DNA of 64,000 nt from Heterodontus francisci (taxonomy: Eukaryota): contig NC_090399.1 of NCBI RefSeq assembly GCF_036365525.1, forward strand, positions 46,532,430 to 46,596,429, read 5' to 3'. Position numbers and translations under genes: made by a program. How positions within the stretch are numbered: the stretch's first letter is position 1; every line of letters starts with the position of its first letter. Below the pieces are notes generated by a model. The model was not told the DNA's origin, did not search any database, and worked only from the letters and a program-made list of their open reading frames with translations. Shown piece by piece: positions 23,101-35,904 of the stretch.

Positions 23101-25014
23101 AATAGTATTGGAGAAATTAATGGGACTGAAAGTTGACAAATCCCTGGGACCCGATGATCTTCACCCTAGAGAGTTGAAAGAGGTGGCAACAGAGACAGTG
23201 GATGCATTGGTGATCATCTTTCAAAATTCTACAAATTCTGCAATGGTGCCTGCAGATTGGAAGGTTGCAAATGTAACCCTACTGTTTGAGAAAGGAGGGA
23301 GAGAGAAAATGGGGAACTACTGAACTGTTAGTCTGAAGTCGGTAGTCGAGAAAACACTAGAATCTATTATAAAGGATGTGATTACTGGACACTTTGAAAA
23401 GAATGGTCTGATTGGGCAGAGTCAACATGGATTTTTGAAGGGGAAAACGTGTTTGACAAACCTGTTGGAGCTTTTTGAGGATGTTACTAGCAGAGTGGAT
23501 AAGGGACAACCATTGGATGTGGTGTATTTGGACTTTCAGAAGGCCTTTGATAAAGTCTCACATAGAGGGTTTATAAGCAAAATTAAAGCGCATGGGAATT
23601 GGTGGTAATATACCAGCATGGATTGAGGATTGGGTAACAGGCAGAAAACAGATTTGGGTGGCAAAGTGACGCAGTGGTTAGCACCACAGCCTCACAGCTC
23701 CAGTGGCCTGGGTTCAGTTCTGGATACTACCTGTGCGGAGTCTGCAAGTTCTCCCTGTGTCTGTGTGGGTTTCCGCCGGGTACCCCGGTTTCCTCCCACA
23801 GCCAAAGATTTGCAGGTTGATAGGTAAATTGGCCATTATAAATTGCCCCTAGTGTAGGTAGATGGTGGGGATGTGGTAGAGAATATGGGGTTAATGTAGG
23901 ATTAGTATAAATGGGTGGTTGTTGGTCGGCATGGACTCGGTGGGCCGAAGGGCCTATTTCGGTGCTGTATCTCTTAATAAATAAATAGATAGCAGGGATA
24001 ATTGTGTCATTCTCAGGTTGACAGGCTGTGACCAGTGGGGTACCACAAGAACCCCAGCTGTTCGCCATCTATAGCAATGTGGGGTCCAATTGTAATATTT
24101 CCAAGTTTGCGGATAACACAAACTTGGTGGGAATGTGAGTTATGAGGGGGATGCAAAGACTCTTCAAGGGGATTTGGAGATGCTAAGTGAGTGTGCAAGA
24201 ACATGGCAGATGGAATATAATGTAGATAAGTGTGAGGTTATCCACTTTGTTAGGAGAAACAGAGCTGCAGACTTTTTCTTAAATTGTGAGAGATTGGATA
24301 GTGTTGATGTCCAAAGGGACCTAGGTGGCGTTGATCATAAGTCAGTCAAAGCTAGCATGCAGGTGCAGCAAGAAATTGGGAAAGCAAACTGTATGTTACC
24401 CTTCAGTGCAAAAGGATTTAGGTACAGGAGCAAAGAAATCTTGCTTCAATTGAACAGAGCATTGGTGAGGCTGCACCTGGAATATTGTGTGCAGTTCTGG
24501 TCCCCTTGCCCGAAGAAGGAAAAACTTGCCATAGAGGGAGTGCAATGGAGGCTCACCAGACTGATTCCTGGGATGGAGGGGTTGTGGAAACTGCAATTGT
24601 ATTCTCTGGAGTTTAGCAGAATGAGAGGCAATGTCATAAAACTTACAAAATTCTTAAAGCAATAGACAGGGGAGATGCAGAAAGGATGTTTCCTCTGGCT
24701 GTGGGGTCTGGAGCCAGGGGACACAATCTCAGAACAAAGGGCATACCATTTAGGACTGAAATGAGGAGGAACTTCTTCACTTAATGGATCTTGAACCTTT
24801 GGAATTCTGTGCCCCAGAGGATGATGGAAGCTCGGTCACTGAGTAAGTTCAAGACAGAGATTGATAGATTTTTAGTTGCTAATGACATCAAGGGATATGG
24901 GGATAGTTTGGGAATGTGGCATTGAGATAGACGATCAGCCATGATCTAGAATGGTGGAGCATGCTTGAAGGGCTGAATGGCCTACTCCTGCTCCTATGTT
25001 CCTGTGTTCCTATG
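20190..25014 (+). mobile_element. Near full-length decayed CR1 LINE (repeat-containing 5' UTR, ORF1 zinc finger + SGNH esterase, ORF2 APE-RT)
   Basis: CPSC/CRKC and coiled coil, AIVVGD..VHLGTNDIG esterase motifs, IITEMW, QHGFLKGKTCLTNL, tail CCTATGTTCCT. Confidence 0.92.
23654..23990 (+). mobile_element. HE1-type V-SINE inside the CR1
   Basis: GCAGTGGTTAGCACCACAGCCTCACAGCTCC head and GGGCCGAAGGGCC tail. Confidence 0.92.
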
Positions 25015-25608
25015 CTTTTCCCCAAAAGGACCTTATTTCTTGATATTCATAGAAACCACCTCGGCTGATTTTTTAGTTTGTTTCTTAATTTGATTATCTT
25101 TTAAATTTAAAATAAATTCCCCTTTGAGTGCTTGAAATAATCACAAATATCAATGGAATTTTGTTTATTAATTCCAATTTCTTATGCCCAGGCTTGGTGG
25201 TATTGCATGGTGTTTTACATTCAAGCCACAAAAGCTTACAACTATTTTAGAGGTAACTTCTATATCTCTTGCTCTTAATTATTTTGTTTTGGAATGTAAC
25301 AATAAAACAAAAGTCTTTGAAATTACAAAGCCTTTAGTCCAAATTGTGGTCGTGCTGTGATATTTGATGTCTGCAGATAGGTTCTTCAATGCAAGCTGCT
25401 GGATCTCTTGCTGTGGCATCTGTTCTCATGAGGGTCTGGAAATCATTGTCACCTGTTTAACAAAGACACAAAGAATCCATTGTGGTTCTGCCCCAATGGT
25501 TTAATTTGTCCAATTATATCTGTCAGTTTAGAAACTTAAAATTTAATAATGCCCAATCAATAAATTCTACACTTAGCAATACACAAGTTGTGTGACAAAT
25601 TAAATGAA

Positions 25609-25963
25609 GGCACAGTGGCGCAGTGGTTAGCACCGCAGCCTCACAGCTCCAACGACCCAGGTTCAATTCTGGGTACTGCCTGTGTGGAGTTTGCAAGTTC
25701 TCCCTGTGTCTGCGTGGGTTTTCTCCGGGTGCTCCGGTTTCCTCCCACAAGCCAAAAGACTTGCAGGTTGGTAGGTAAATTGGCCTTTATAAATTGCCCC
25801 TAGTATAGGTAGGTGGTAGGAAATATAGGGATAGGTGGGGATGTGGTAGGAATATGGGATTAGTGTAGGATTAGTATAAATGGGTGGTTGATGGTCAGCA
25901 CAGACTCGGTGGGCCGAAGGGCCTGTTTCAGTGCTGTATCTCTAAACTAAACTAAAAAAAAAA
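25609..25963 (+). mobile_element. HE1-type V-SINE
   Basis: Full-length copy with A/B-box head and (TAAAC)n/poly-A tail. Confidence 0.93.
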
Positions 25964-28164
25964 GAGCTGCAGTGGGGTTAATTTCTCTGTTAGTTTTCAA
26001 GGGAGCAGAGCAAAATATTCGGAGATACATCACTTTACGTAATCTTTTTGAAAAAATTCATCATCTAAAAAGAACTAGACTCCAAGCCAAACTCCATTTC
26101 AAACTTTTATTCCCCAACTCTTTTTGGTATCCCTAGGGCTTGAAAACAACAAAAATCATTAGTACCATTAGCAACTTCAAAGGAAAATCTCTCCATCGGA
26201 ATGACAGCATTTTAGATTAAACTCCAATTGTTTCCAAAATATTTTAACATCTTTTTGTCAGAGGTTTCTAACCCAATGCAACCAGGGTGATTCCAAATCC
26301 CAATTCAGAGCAATAAATATTTAAAATTCAAAACTGCCATTGTTATACGAGCGAGCCTTCTATCCAGAATTAAAGACTCCCTTATAACTTGACATGATAA
26401 CTTGGAAGTTCCTTGTGGCCATTAATGAAATTCAATTCTTCCCAACTTAACAGGTTAGTTAACCTTAATAATGAAAACTTAATTTAGACGAATACTTACA
26501 AATTGCACACAGAACTGAATAGCACATTTTTTTTAAACAAAAGGTAAATGGAATCATTTTTCTTATTCTTTCTTCAGGCAAAACTATAGACAAGGAACAA
26601 AACAAAAGAAAAAGTTATCTAACATTTTTATAATAACAAAAAACGTAACACCAGCCTCTTAAATAAACTTTAAATGGAAAGAATCTTTCACATATCTCCT
26701 TTATTTATCCCTTCTCTTCCTTAAAGCAATTTCTAATTCCTGACATTTGCTACTTTAAAACAAAAAGTCAGTAAGACATGTCTTTTATTTAAATTGCAAA
26801 AAGCAATAGTAGGTTTTAGACTTTGGCCCAATTAAAACAAAGTGTTGGAAAAATTAAAATTTGATTTCTGCCAGACATCTTCAAAGCTGAAACTTATCTC
26901 TTACAAAATTGCTCCTTGCCTTTTCACAGTTGCAAACTTAAACATTTAAATAAAAGAACACACTTCACCAACATCTTTAATTTAAAATGAAATTCCGTTT
27001 TATATCTCATTTCTGGGTGCATAGTCTGAAATTAAAATGAACACACTCATCAATCACATTCACACTTTTGAATTCAAAAAAAGTTGGAAATATTAATTCC
27101 TGTTGGTTTTGTGTCTATCTTATCTTGAATGAACTCTGTAACTTTCTTGCATTTCTGCTCGAAGACCTGTTTAACATCATTAGACAACATGACTTTGTCT
27201 ATTCTCTTTAAAATCTCCATACTCCCCAAAGGGTTTCCCTCCCAAGACGTGTGTTGGCTGGACTCGCAAACTCAAATTCTTCCTTTCTCTCAAAAAGTGA
27301 TCACAACATACCAAGTCCCTTTTTGGTCACCAGATATAAAATTAGATAAGATAGCAATGTTTTATGCCCCTTTTAAAAGTGGGAGCATATTTGACAGCAC
27401 AAGGCTTGTTGTGAATCGAATTTATTGAGATAAAGGTAAGGAGAAGTTTATTAAGTTTTCGGGTAAACTATTGATAATAAACACAGGTGCTGATTAACAA
27501 TCTAACACAGATACGACCCATATTACAGACTGGATGGTAAAGCGCAGGACTAGTTTCTCTTGTATTCTGGTCTTCACGTTTCTTTAGTCTGTTTCTTTCT
27601 CTCTCGTGTAGTTTCTCCTGTCTTTGTTGTTGCTCAAATATTTTTTGCTGTACAGGGACAAATTCGCGGCTTCTTTTATCCTGGATGCTTTCCAATTTAC
27701 CCTCCATTCCCCCAATCAGTGAGTAGTCTGCTATTAAATGATGTCTTTTTTAATCAACCAAGGATAATTTTGTTGTTGTTGCTAACCCTTCTGATTTATG
27801 TAGGTTGTGTTGAATACTTGATCTCAATGCTTTTACATTTCTTGGTCCATTCTCACACTATGTGACAAGTCTACATTTTGTTCTCATAGAGGCTGTTTTC
27901 ATTGTCTGCTCTCAAGGTCTCGCCCTTTAACTGCAAGTAAGATTTTTAAAACTTGACATAATCTCCCAGAATCCCTCTACCTTGACATCTTGTCCATACT
28001 GTATCCTATTTCCTTGGGTTTCCCATTTATCATACTGCAAAGAAGGGTTCTAATAAAGCTGAATGTAAGTTTATGATAATAAGTCAGTTGTTAGTTATAT
28101 AATAGCTAGATTTTGACAATAATTATTATGGTTAGTAACATTTTAGTAACTTAAGAATCTTACA

Positions 28165-28955
28165 CATCTCTCTAAATTCTCCCCATGTCTCTCTATTCCC
28201 CACCTCTGTCTCTATTGCCCTCCATGTCCCTCTATTCCCCTCCGTGTTCCTCTATTCCCCTCCATGTTCCTCTATTCTCCCCATGTCTCTTTATTCCCCT
28301 GTGTCTCTCTATTCCCCAGGTGTCTCACTAAACCTCCGTATCCCTCTAATCCCTCCTTTGTCTCTAATTCCCCCATGTCCCTCTATTCCCTTCGCGTCCC
28401 TCTACTACCCTGTGTCCCTCGATTCCCCCCTTGTCTCTCTCCCCCATGTCCTTCTGTTCCCCCGTCTCTCTCTAGTGCCCCCATCTCTCTATTCCCCTGT
28501 GCCTCTTTGTTTCCCCTGTGTCTCTCTATTCCCCTCATTTTTCGACATTCCCCCCATGTCTCTCTATTCCTCCCTATGTCTCTATTCCTCCATGTCTCTG
28601 TATTCATCCATGTCTCTCTATTACCCCCCTCAAGTCTATACCCTTCTCATGTCTCTCTATTCCCCTCCCCACATCTCTCTATTTCCCCCAAGTCTCTATT
28701 CCTCCCATGTCTCTCTATTCCTCCTGTGTCTCTCTATCCCTCCCATATCTCTCCATTCCCTCCCCCGCACTGTGTCTCTTAATTCCCCCCGCCCACCTTG
28801 GGACTTTATTCTCTCCCTGTGGCTCTCTCTTCACTTCCTGTGTCTCTATTCTCTTCCCATGTCTCTCTACTCTACCCATGTAACTCTCTATTCCTGCCAC
28901 TCCATGTCTCTCTATTCTGCACCATGCCTTGCTATTTTCCCCTGTCTTGCTCTAT
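28165..28955. repeat. CT-rich degenerate minisatellite, right part
   Basis: ATGTCTCTCTATTCCCC-like units. Confidence 0.9.
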
Positions 28956-28964
28956 AGCATAGAT

Positions 28965-30240
28965 CCCACCCACTACCACAGACTACAAGAGCAGGTCAGA
29001 GGCTGGGAATTCTGTGGCAAGTATCTCACTTCCTGACTCCCTAAAACCTGTCCACCATCGACAAGGCAAAAGTCATGAGTGTGATGGAATACTCTCCACT
29101 TGCCTGGATGGGTGCAGCTCCAACAACACAAGAAGCTCAACAGAATCTAGGACAAAGCAACCCATCCACAACCTTAAACATTCACTCCCTCCACCACCAA
29201 CGCACAGTGGCAGCAGTGTGTATCATCTACAAGATGCACTGCTGTAACTCACAAAGTCTCCTTCGACAGCACCTTTCAACCCTGCGACCTCTACCACCTA
29301 GAAAGACAAGGGCAGCAGATGCATGGGAACACCTGCACCTGCAAGTTCCCCTCCAAGTCACACATCATCCTGACTTTGAAATATATCGCTGTTCCTTCAA
29401 TGTCGCTGGGTCAGAAACCTGGAACTCCCTCCCTAACAGCACTGTGGGTGTACCTACACCCCAAGGATTGCAGCGGTCAATAAGGCAGCTTACCAACTAC
29501 TCCTTAAGGGGAATCATGGATGGGCAACAAATACTGGCCTTTGTAGTGACACCCACATCCCAAGAATGAATTTAAAAAGCTGATGAGTCCACACCTGGAG
29601 TACTGTGTGCAGTTTTGTCTCCTGACCAAAGGAGGGACATACTTACCCTAGAGGGACTGCAAAGAAGGTTCACTAGACTGGTTCCTGGGATGAGAGGATT
29701 GTCCTATAGGAGAGATTGAGTAGACTGGGCCTATATTCCCTGGAGTTTAGACGAATGAGGGTGATCTCAGTGAAACATATAACATTCTAAGAGGTTTGAC
29801 AGGGTAGATGCTGAGAAAATGTTTCCCCTGGCTAGGGAATCTAGAACACGGGGTCACAGTCTCAGAATAAAGCGTCGGCCATTGGGATTGAAATTAGGAG
29901 AAATTTATTCACTCAAAGGGCTGTGAATCTTTGGAATTCTCTACCCCAGAGAACTGTGAATGTTCAGTTGTTGAGTATATTCAAGACAGAGGTTTATGGA
30001 CTTTTGGAGAATTAAGGGATATGGGCAGACTGCAGGAAGATGGCATTGAGGTGGAAGATCAGCCGTGATCATATTGATTGGTGGAGCAGACTCGATGGGC
30101 CAAATGGCCTTCTCCTGCTCCTATTCCTGATATTCGGCTATTCCCAGCTTCTGACCTGCTGTTGTAGCCACAGTATTTATGTGGTTGGTGCAGTTCAGTT
30201 TCTGGTCAGTGGTGACACCCCCAGGATGGTGGGGGAATTC
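28965..30240 (+). mobile_element. Adjacent LINE 3' fragments (CR1/L2-group 28965-29578; CR1 29580-30130; short minus piece to 30240)
   Basis: SVMEYSPLAWMGAAPTT, HLEYCVQF-type sequence, CR1 3' UTR. Confidence 0.82.
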
Positions 30241-30318
30241 AGACTTCAGGAGATGATGGAATTGTGGGTGGGGTCTCGGGAGTGTATCTGATTGGCCCTG
30301 TGTCTGTTTGATTGACAG

Positions 30319-30557
30319 GCTGTGAGCTAAATATGACGGGAACAGGAATGAGTTCCTCCAGTTGGGCTGGGATGGCCAAGACCTGATGATCTACGACCTG
30401 GATAAGGCAGAGTGGGTGGCACAGGCAACATGGGCGCACACTGCCCAGGACAAGTGGAACCAGCAGAATGTACAGATTTGGAAGTTCTATCTGAAACACA
30501 TCTGCATCCAGTGGCTGAAGAACTGGCTGCTGTACAAAGATCAAGTACTGAGACCCA
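30319..30557 (+). pseudogene. MHC class I-like exon 3, alpha2 domain, lacking the first beta strand and carrying a 1-bp frameshift
   Basis: Acceptor TTGATTGACAG then GCEL; the frame changes at AAA 30329-30331 into YDGNRNEFLQLGWDGQDLMIYD..W..KWN..YL..CIQWLKNWL.Y..LRP; phase-1 donor A|GTGGGT (alternative GTGAG at 30562). Confidence 0.88.
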
Positions 30558-30569
30558 GTGGGTGAGAAG

Positions 30570-30970
30570 GGGGGACTGAGGGTTGGTGAGTGATAACGGG
30601 ACTGAGAGTCAGTGAGTGAGGGGAGGGATAGAGAGTCGGTGAGTGAGGGGAGGAACTGATAGTCAATGAGTGAGGGGAGGAACTGAGAGTTGGTGAGTGA
30701 GGGGGGACTGAGAGTTGGTGAGTGATGACGGGACAGAGAGTCAGTGAGTGAGGGGAGGGACAGAGAGTCAGTGAGTGAGGGGAGGAACTGAGAGTCAGTG
30801 AGTGAGGGGACGAACAGAGTCAGTGAGTGAGGGGAGGAACTGAGAGTCGGTAAGTGAGGGGGGGACTGAGAGTCAGCGAGTGAGGGGAGAGGACTGAGAG
30901 TCGGTGATTGGGGGGGGATGTCTGAGTGTCTGTTAATGGGGTATTCTTTGAGTGAGAGTCAGTGAGTGAC
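30570..30970. repeat. ~27-bp purine-rich minisatellite (GAGTCAGTGAGTGAGGGGAGGAACTGA)n filling the alpha2-alpha3 intron
   Basis: Tandem periodicity. Confidence 0.9.
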
Positions 30971-31018
30971 TCTCTATATTGAAGATCCTGTATTGATTCC
31001 ACTTTCTCTCTCTCTCAG

Positions 31019-31044
31019 TCGTCCCCATCATGTCCTTTACCCGT
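31019..31044 (+). pseudogene. 5' stub of MHC class I-like exon 4 (alpha3): (I/V)VPIMSFTR, then repeat sequence and TGA at 31054-31056
   Basis: Strong (CT)n-CAG acceptor, phase 1; the peptide resembles the shark class I alpha3 start (VAPTVSFTR-like, from recall). Confidence 0.65.
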
Positions 31045-31290
31045 ATTACAGTATGACAGGTCCCAGTGTATCCTTGGATATTATAGTGTGACATGGCCCG
31101 GTGGATCCTGGGATATTACAATGTGAAAGCACCTGGTGTATGACCGCTCCTGGTGTATCCTGGGATATTACGATATGACAGGACCCGGCATAACTTGGGA
31201 TATTTCCGTGCAATAGGGCCCTGTGTATTCTGAGATATTGCAGTATGACAGGACCCGGCTTATCCTGGGATATTACTGTACAAGGACCCA
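31045..31290. repeat. 35-bp minisatellite (ATTACAGTATGACAGGACCCGGTGTATCCTGGGAT)n, about 7 units
   Basis: Tandem periodicity starting exactly where alpha3 homology stops. Confidence 0.88.
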
Positions 31291-31325
31291 TATTTTTGCA
31301 ACTAGAAACTTTTTATGTTGTCTGA

Positions 31326-32020
31326 TGTAACATAAATGAGATCTGTGGAGTTCAGTTGATTGAAGATCTCAAACAGGCTTCATAAGTAGCTAACAACTGT
31401 ACACAGTACAGAGCTACTACTTACGGGACTTGCCTCTTGGTGTCACAATTACAGAGTGAGACTGGTACGTAGTCACATGGCTACATCCCCATACTCAGCT
31501 CATTAGCATGCTAAAATTTTAAAGGGACATCTCTCTTAAAGGTCGTCACACTACATCCCCCTTCTTTTCAAAGATAAATCTCATAGGCTAAAAGTAAAAA
31601 TACACAAAATTCGATAACATCAAAATTATTTACAGAGGTGATAGAAATTATGAACTTTACAAGTATAGAGGCTCAAAGTCCACAGGTCGTCTTGATGGTT
31701 GGACAACTTTTGCTTGGGGAGTTTGCACCTCAACTGTTGTGGTTTTTTTCTGTAGTTTCTCCCTCTCTGCATTCAGTTTCTGTTGTTCTGCCTTCAGCCT
31801 GCTAACATACTCTGTTGCTTTTCTCAAGATCTTGGGGCCTTGTCATTCTTGGGAAGCTCTGGCATCTCATCTCAAAGAGCCAGTAGACAATGCTTCAACT
31901 CATTCCTCCTCTGCCTCTTCAGGACACTGTGTGTCCTTCGCCTCTCCTCATCATCCACATCTGAAGGCTTGGGGCTCCAGGTCGAGGACTTGTTGGGGTA
32001 AGAGTCCTACCATTCTCCGA
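31326..32020 (-). mobile_element. Gypsy 3' remnant: short LTR 31326-31555, PPT and integrase C-terminal tail
   Basis: TGTAA...CTACA termini with adjacent TCCCCCTTCTT (PPT on minus strand). Confidence 0.55.
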
Positions 32021-32022
32021 CC

Positions 32023-32230
32023 AGCTACCTACACTAGGAGCAATTTACAATGGCCAATTTACCAATCAACCTGCAAGTCTTTGGCTGTGGGAGGAAACCA
32101 GAGCACCCGGCGAAAACCCACGCGGTCATAGGGAGAACTTGCAAACTCCGCACAGGCAGTACCCAGAACTGAACCCGGGTCGCTGGAGCTGTGAGGTTGC
32201 GGTGCTAACCACTACGCCACTGTGCCGCCC
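32023..32230 (-). mobile_element. HE1-type V-SINE, 3'-truncated
   Basis: Matches head and core of the other three copies. Confidence 0.9.
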
Positions 32231-33489
32231 CGCTTCTCTTACCAATTCTGGTTCATTTCCCATTGTCAGATAGAAGGTTATGTTGAATGGATGAGATGAA
32301 AAGAGGTGAGAGGAAGCTCGTGTGGATCATAAACACTGGCATAGACCAGTTGGGGGCGAATGGCCTGTTTCTGTGCTGTACTTTGTAATTTTAATCATCA
32401 AGTTCATGGCAGTGGCTGCACAGTTTGAGATCTGCTTTCACTTTACCCCCTTTCTGTTCTCCCCTTCCCAAAACCTCTTTGTTCCAGTCAATAATATTTT
32501 TGCTCTACTCCACCATGATGGATGTGTAATATTAATAAAAGATGTAGGATTTTATTTGTTTAATTCTCCCTCCTCCCTCTCACTTTTCCTCAGTTACTTA
32601 AGGATTATAAAAGAAATGTTTCTTCACCTCTTTCTCATGATAAATTTATACTTCCTGTCGAGTTTCCGATGAGTAGCACTCAAACAAGTAGCATTTTCTG
32701 TGCTCCAGACCTCACTGAATATCTCCAGCCACAATCCAAGTAGCTCATAAACATTTCCCTCTGGCTGTGGTCCATCATTTACTCTTCTGTACTCCTCCCA
32801 ACCCCTAATCCTGCTCACCAGCAGTTCACAGTTTCTCGTTTGTAGCTTTGTTACCCAATTCAATGTTTTTATTATTCATTTCCTGTGATCACCGGAAGAC
32901 CAGCATTTTTTGCCCATCCCTAATTGCTCTTGGGAAGGTGGCCGTGAGCTGTCTTGTTCAGCCCCTGCTGTCCTGATATCTGTTTATCTCTGAAGTATGA
33001 GCATAGCTCCCAGTTTATGTTAACTGGTGAGCAAGATTGTTCTGCAGTGACAGTCCTTCAAACTGTTATGGCCAATGTTTTGCTGGGCATGGGGCTTCTA
33101 GTAAATAAAGATTGCAATCTACATTGTTATGTACTACATTCACTAACAGCTTAAACTGAATTAAAGAATGAGATGGAGAAATCTTTTGAATTTGATGTTT
33201 ATTCTGTCACTCGCACCTGACATTTTTTTATGAATTTAGTTTCATGATGTACTCTGTATACTGGAGTACGAAGGAAACAGGGTGAAAACTCACACACCAA
33301 TAACGCATCTCTCTCACACGTATATTTCTGTACAGGAGTGAGAACTCTGCTTTATTATCCTGATGACAAGTGAACTAGTTGGTCCTAATGCACTCTGACT
33401 ACTGTAGTGTCACCAGAACAGGCTAGAAACTACCATGTCCCTGATGTGATTCTATCCCACACAGAATGTGTTCACCGTAGCTGAAACAC

Positions 33490-34293
33490 TGTAGTGCAAG
33501 ATTTAGTTTTGGGAATCACAGATTATCCAAAAAGGGGGTCAAAGCCATAGTTGGTTTTAAAGTAGTTTATTGAGAAGCAGCAGTTTAAATATGATCCTAC
33601 ATGCATAAGCTAAATAGACAGATGAACATACAACCTGTAACATGTTGAATGGTTTACTGATCCCAGATCATACAGATGGTCAGAGCGATGGTGACCATCT
33701 CCTTGATGAATGAGGCAGGCGAGGGTGGTCTCTTCGGTCCTCGGGGTCCTCAGCCTTGCTGAGCTAATCAATGTGTTAGGCCAAAGCCTAACACTCAGGT
33801 GAAGCCGAGCTATGGGAAGATCGCCTTCCGTCCGAAGAAGACTGAAGATTTTCTCCCAAGTAACTGTTTACATCGTTTATTTCTCAGTGCTGTGAGATGT
33901 CCCATTGTCAATCACTTGTTCAATTCCAATTGCCCAATCACCAAGAGACACATACTAAAAGTAAACCCTCCCATGCCCATCACTGTGCCCCTGAAGTCAT
34001 CTTGTTGCTTATCCCTTGCCAGGTATCATTTGTAAACTTCTTCCAGACAATTGTCTAGAGAAGGTACCAAGTTCCAGCTTTAGGAATGCCTTTGTTTCAG
34101 AGTTTGTGCTGGAGTCATGTCCTTGGCAGAGAAAGCAGGCCGACACTGTCCTGTGTGTTTCTGTTGGGAAGATTGCTATGGAATCTTTCTGAATAAGAGA
34201 GCGAGAGAGTGAGAGTTATTTCCATAATATTCAGTCAGTTTTCTTCAGACTTTATAAGGTTACTAGACAGCCATTTCTTCCAGCAGTATTATA
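33490..34293 (-). mobile_element. Possible solo LTR
   Basis: TGTAGTGC start, degenerate inverted end, minus-strand AATAAA near 33567; no clear TSD. Confidence 0.3.
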
Positions 34294-34299
34294 AAAAAG

Positions 34300-34815
34300 G
34301 AGAAAGCAGAACTGGAGGAGGTGCAAAACAGATTGACAAGCCTGATAACAGATCTGAGGGGTTGTAACTGTCAGGAAAGATTGAGCAGACGTGGGCTCTT
34401 TTCTTTTGAAAAGAGAAGGCAGAGGGGTGAGGTGATCCAGGACTATCAGGGTATAAAGGGGATTGATTAGTTACACATTGAGAACACATTTTCACTTGTG
34501 GGGGAGATCAGAACTAGAGATCATAGATGTAACATGGTCACCAATAAATCCAAAAGGGGAATTTACGAGAAACGTCTTTACCCACAGAGCAGTGAGAATG
34601 TGGAACTTGCTACCACAAGAGCAGGTTGAGGTGTTGAACACGGATCCATTTAAGGAGAAGAAAGATAAGCACATGAGGGTTAAAGGAACTAGAATGGTAT
34701 AATGATAGGGTTAGATAAAGAGGAGTGGGAGAAAGCTTGCATGCAGCATAAATACCAACATGGATCAGTTGGGCCGAATGGCCTTTTTCAGTGCTGTAAA
34801 TTCATGTAATTCTAT
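34300..34815 (+). mobile_element. CR1 3' fragment
   Basis: FTRNVFTHRAVRMWNLLP and CR1 3' UTR. Confidence 0.8.
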
Positions 34816-34829
34816 GCAATAGTCTGCAC

Positions 34830-35540
34830 ACACAGTAATAAACCATACACTCAGTAACAAAACATACACTCAATAATAAACCACACACCAGTCATCAACC
34901 ACACACCCAATAATAAATCATTAACTCTGTAATAAACCACTCACCCAGTAATGATCAATACACCCAGTAATAAACTGTAAACTCTCAAATGAACCATACC
35001 CAGTATTAAACCACAGACCCAGTAATAAACTGTACACCTCGCAAGAAACTACACACCCTGTAATAAAGCACACACCCAGCGGTAGATCTCGCACCCAGTA
35101 ATAAACCACACACCCAGAGATAAACCTCACACTCAGTAATAAACTGTACACCCAGTAATAAACCACACACCCAGTCATGAACCATGCACCCAGTAATAAA
35201 CCACACACCCAGTGATAAACGTCATACTCAGTAATAAACTGTACAGCCAATAATAAGCCACATACCCAGTAAAAAACACACAGTAATAAAACATACACCC
35301 AGTAATAAACCATATACCAAGTAATAAATCACACAACCAGGAATAAACCTCACACTCAGTAATAAACTGTGCACCCAGTAATAAACCATCATCCAGTAAT
35401 AAACCCCACACCCACTCATAAACATCAAACAGTAATAACCCTCACACTCCTTAATAAACTGGACATCCAGTCATCATTCAGTTATGAATCATTCACTCAG
35501 TAATAAACTAAGTCCTGTTGCAGACCATGCTCCCAGTAAT
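34830..35540. repeat. 19-bp minisatellite (ACCCAGTAATAAACCACAC)n; further pieces at 38355-38451 and 61901-61927
   Basis: Tandem periodicity; the same unit flanks both ends of the Gypsy element. Confidence 0.92.
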
Positions 35541-35904
35541 TTCCTGTACAACACTGCATCAGCAGCCATATTTGCATCCACCTGTCCCACATCCAGAAAC
35601 CCCCCTCCACAATATATCCTATATCCAAAAGCTCATATACATCAAGGTCTCCCTTTCACCATGTTCCAACCTTCCTGCACCATTTCCAGCAATCGGGGAG
35701 CCAAGATCCATCCTCCTAGTACTCCCAAACTCAAGGATGACAGCACACCGATGCCAATCCACCTCCATTCCTTCCTCAATCCACAAATCTCCTCCTACTG
35801 ATCCCACATCCCAGAATCGCCCTCCCAACATTACCAAACCACACAATCATTTAGAACATGTGGAGGCAGGTGCAAGTAGCAGAACGGTCAATAAGTTGGC
35901 TACA

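Larger units (their letters stand above)
16742..28164 (-). mobile_element. Old LTR retroelement/ERV remnant with LTRs at ~16742-17904 and ~27344-28164
   Basis: Two diverged ~820-bp direct repeats ending TCTTACA; partial tRNA-Trp-like PBS (TGGTGACC) on the minus strand at ~27325-27332; possible env TM remnant 17939-18400; splits a CT minisatellite. Confidence 0.75.
5442..31056 (+). pseudogene. Non-classical MHC class I-like heavy chain gene, probably a pseudogene (leader, alpha1, defective alpha2, truncated alpha3)
   Basis: Four collinear exons with phase-1 GT-AG junctions and class I motifs; lesions in alpha2 and alpha3; no TM or cytoplasmic exon recognised in the window. Confidence 0.85.

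Noticed and set aside
25609-25680. tRNA-like sequence
   Set aside because: SINE head, found in four HE1-type copies, not a tRNA gene
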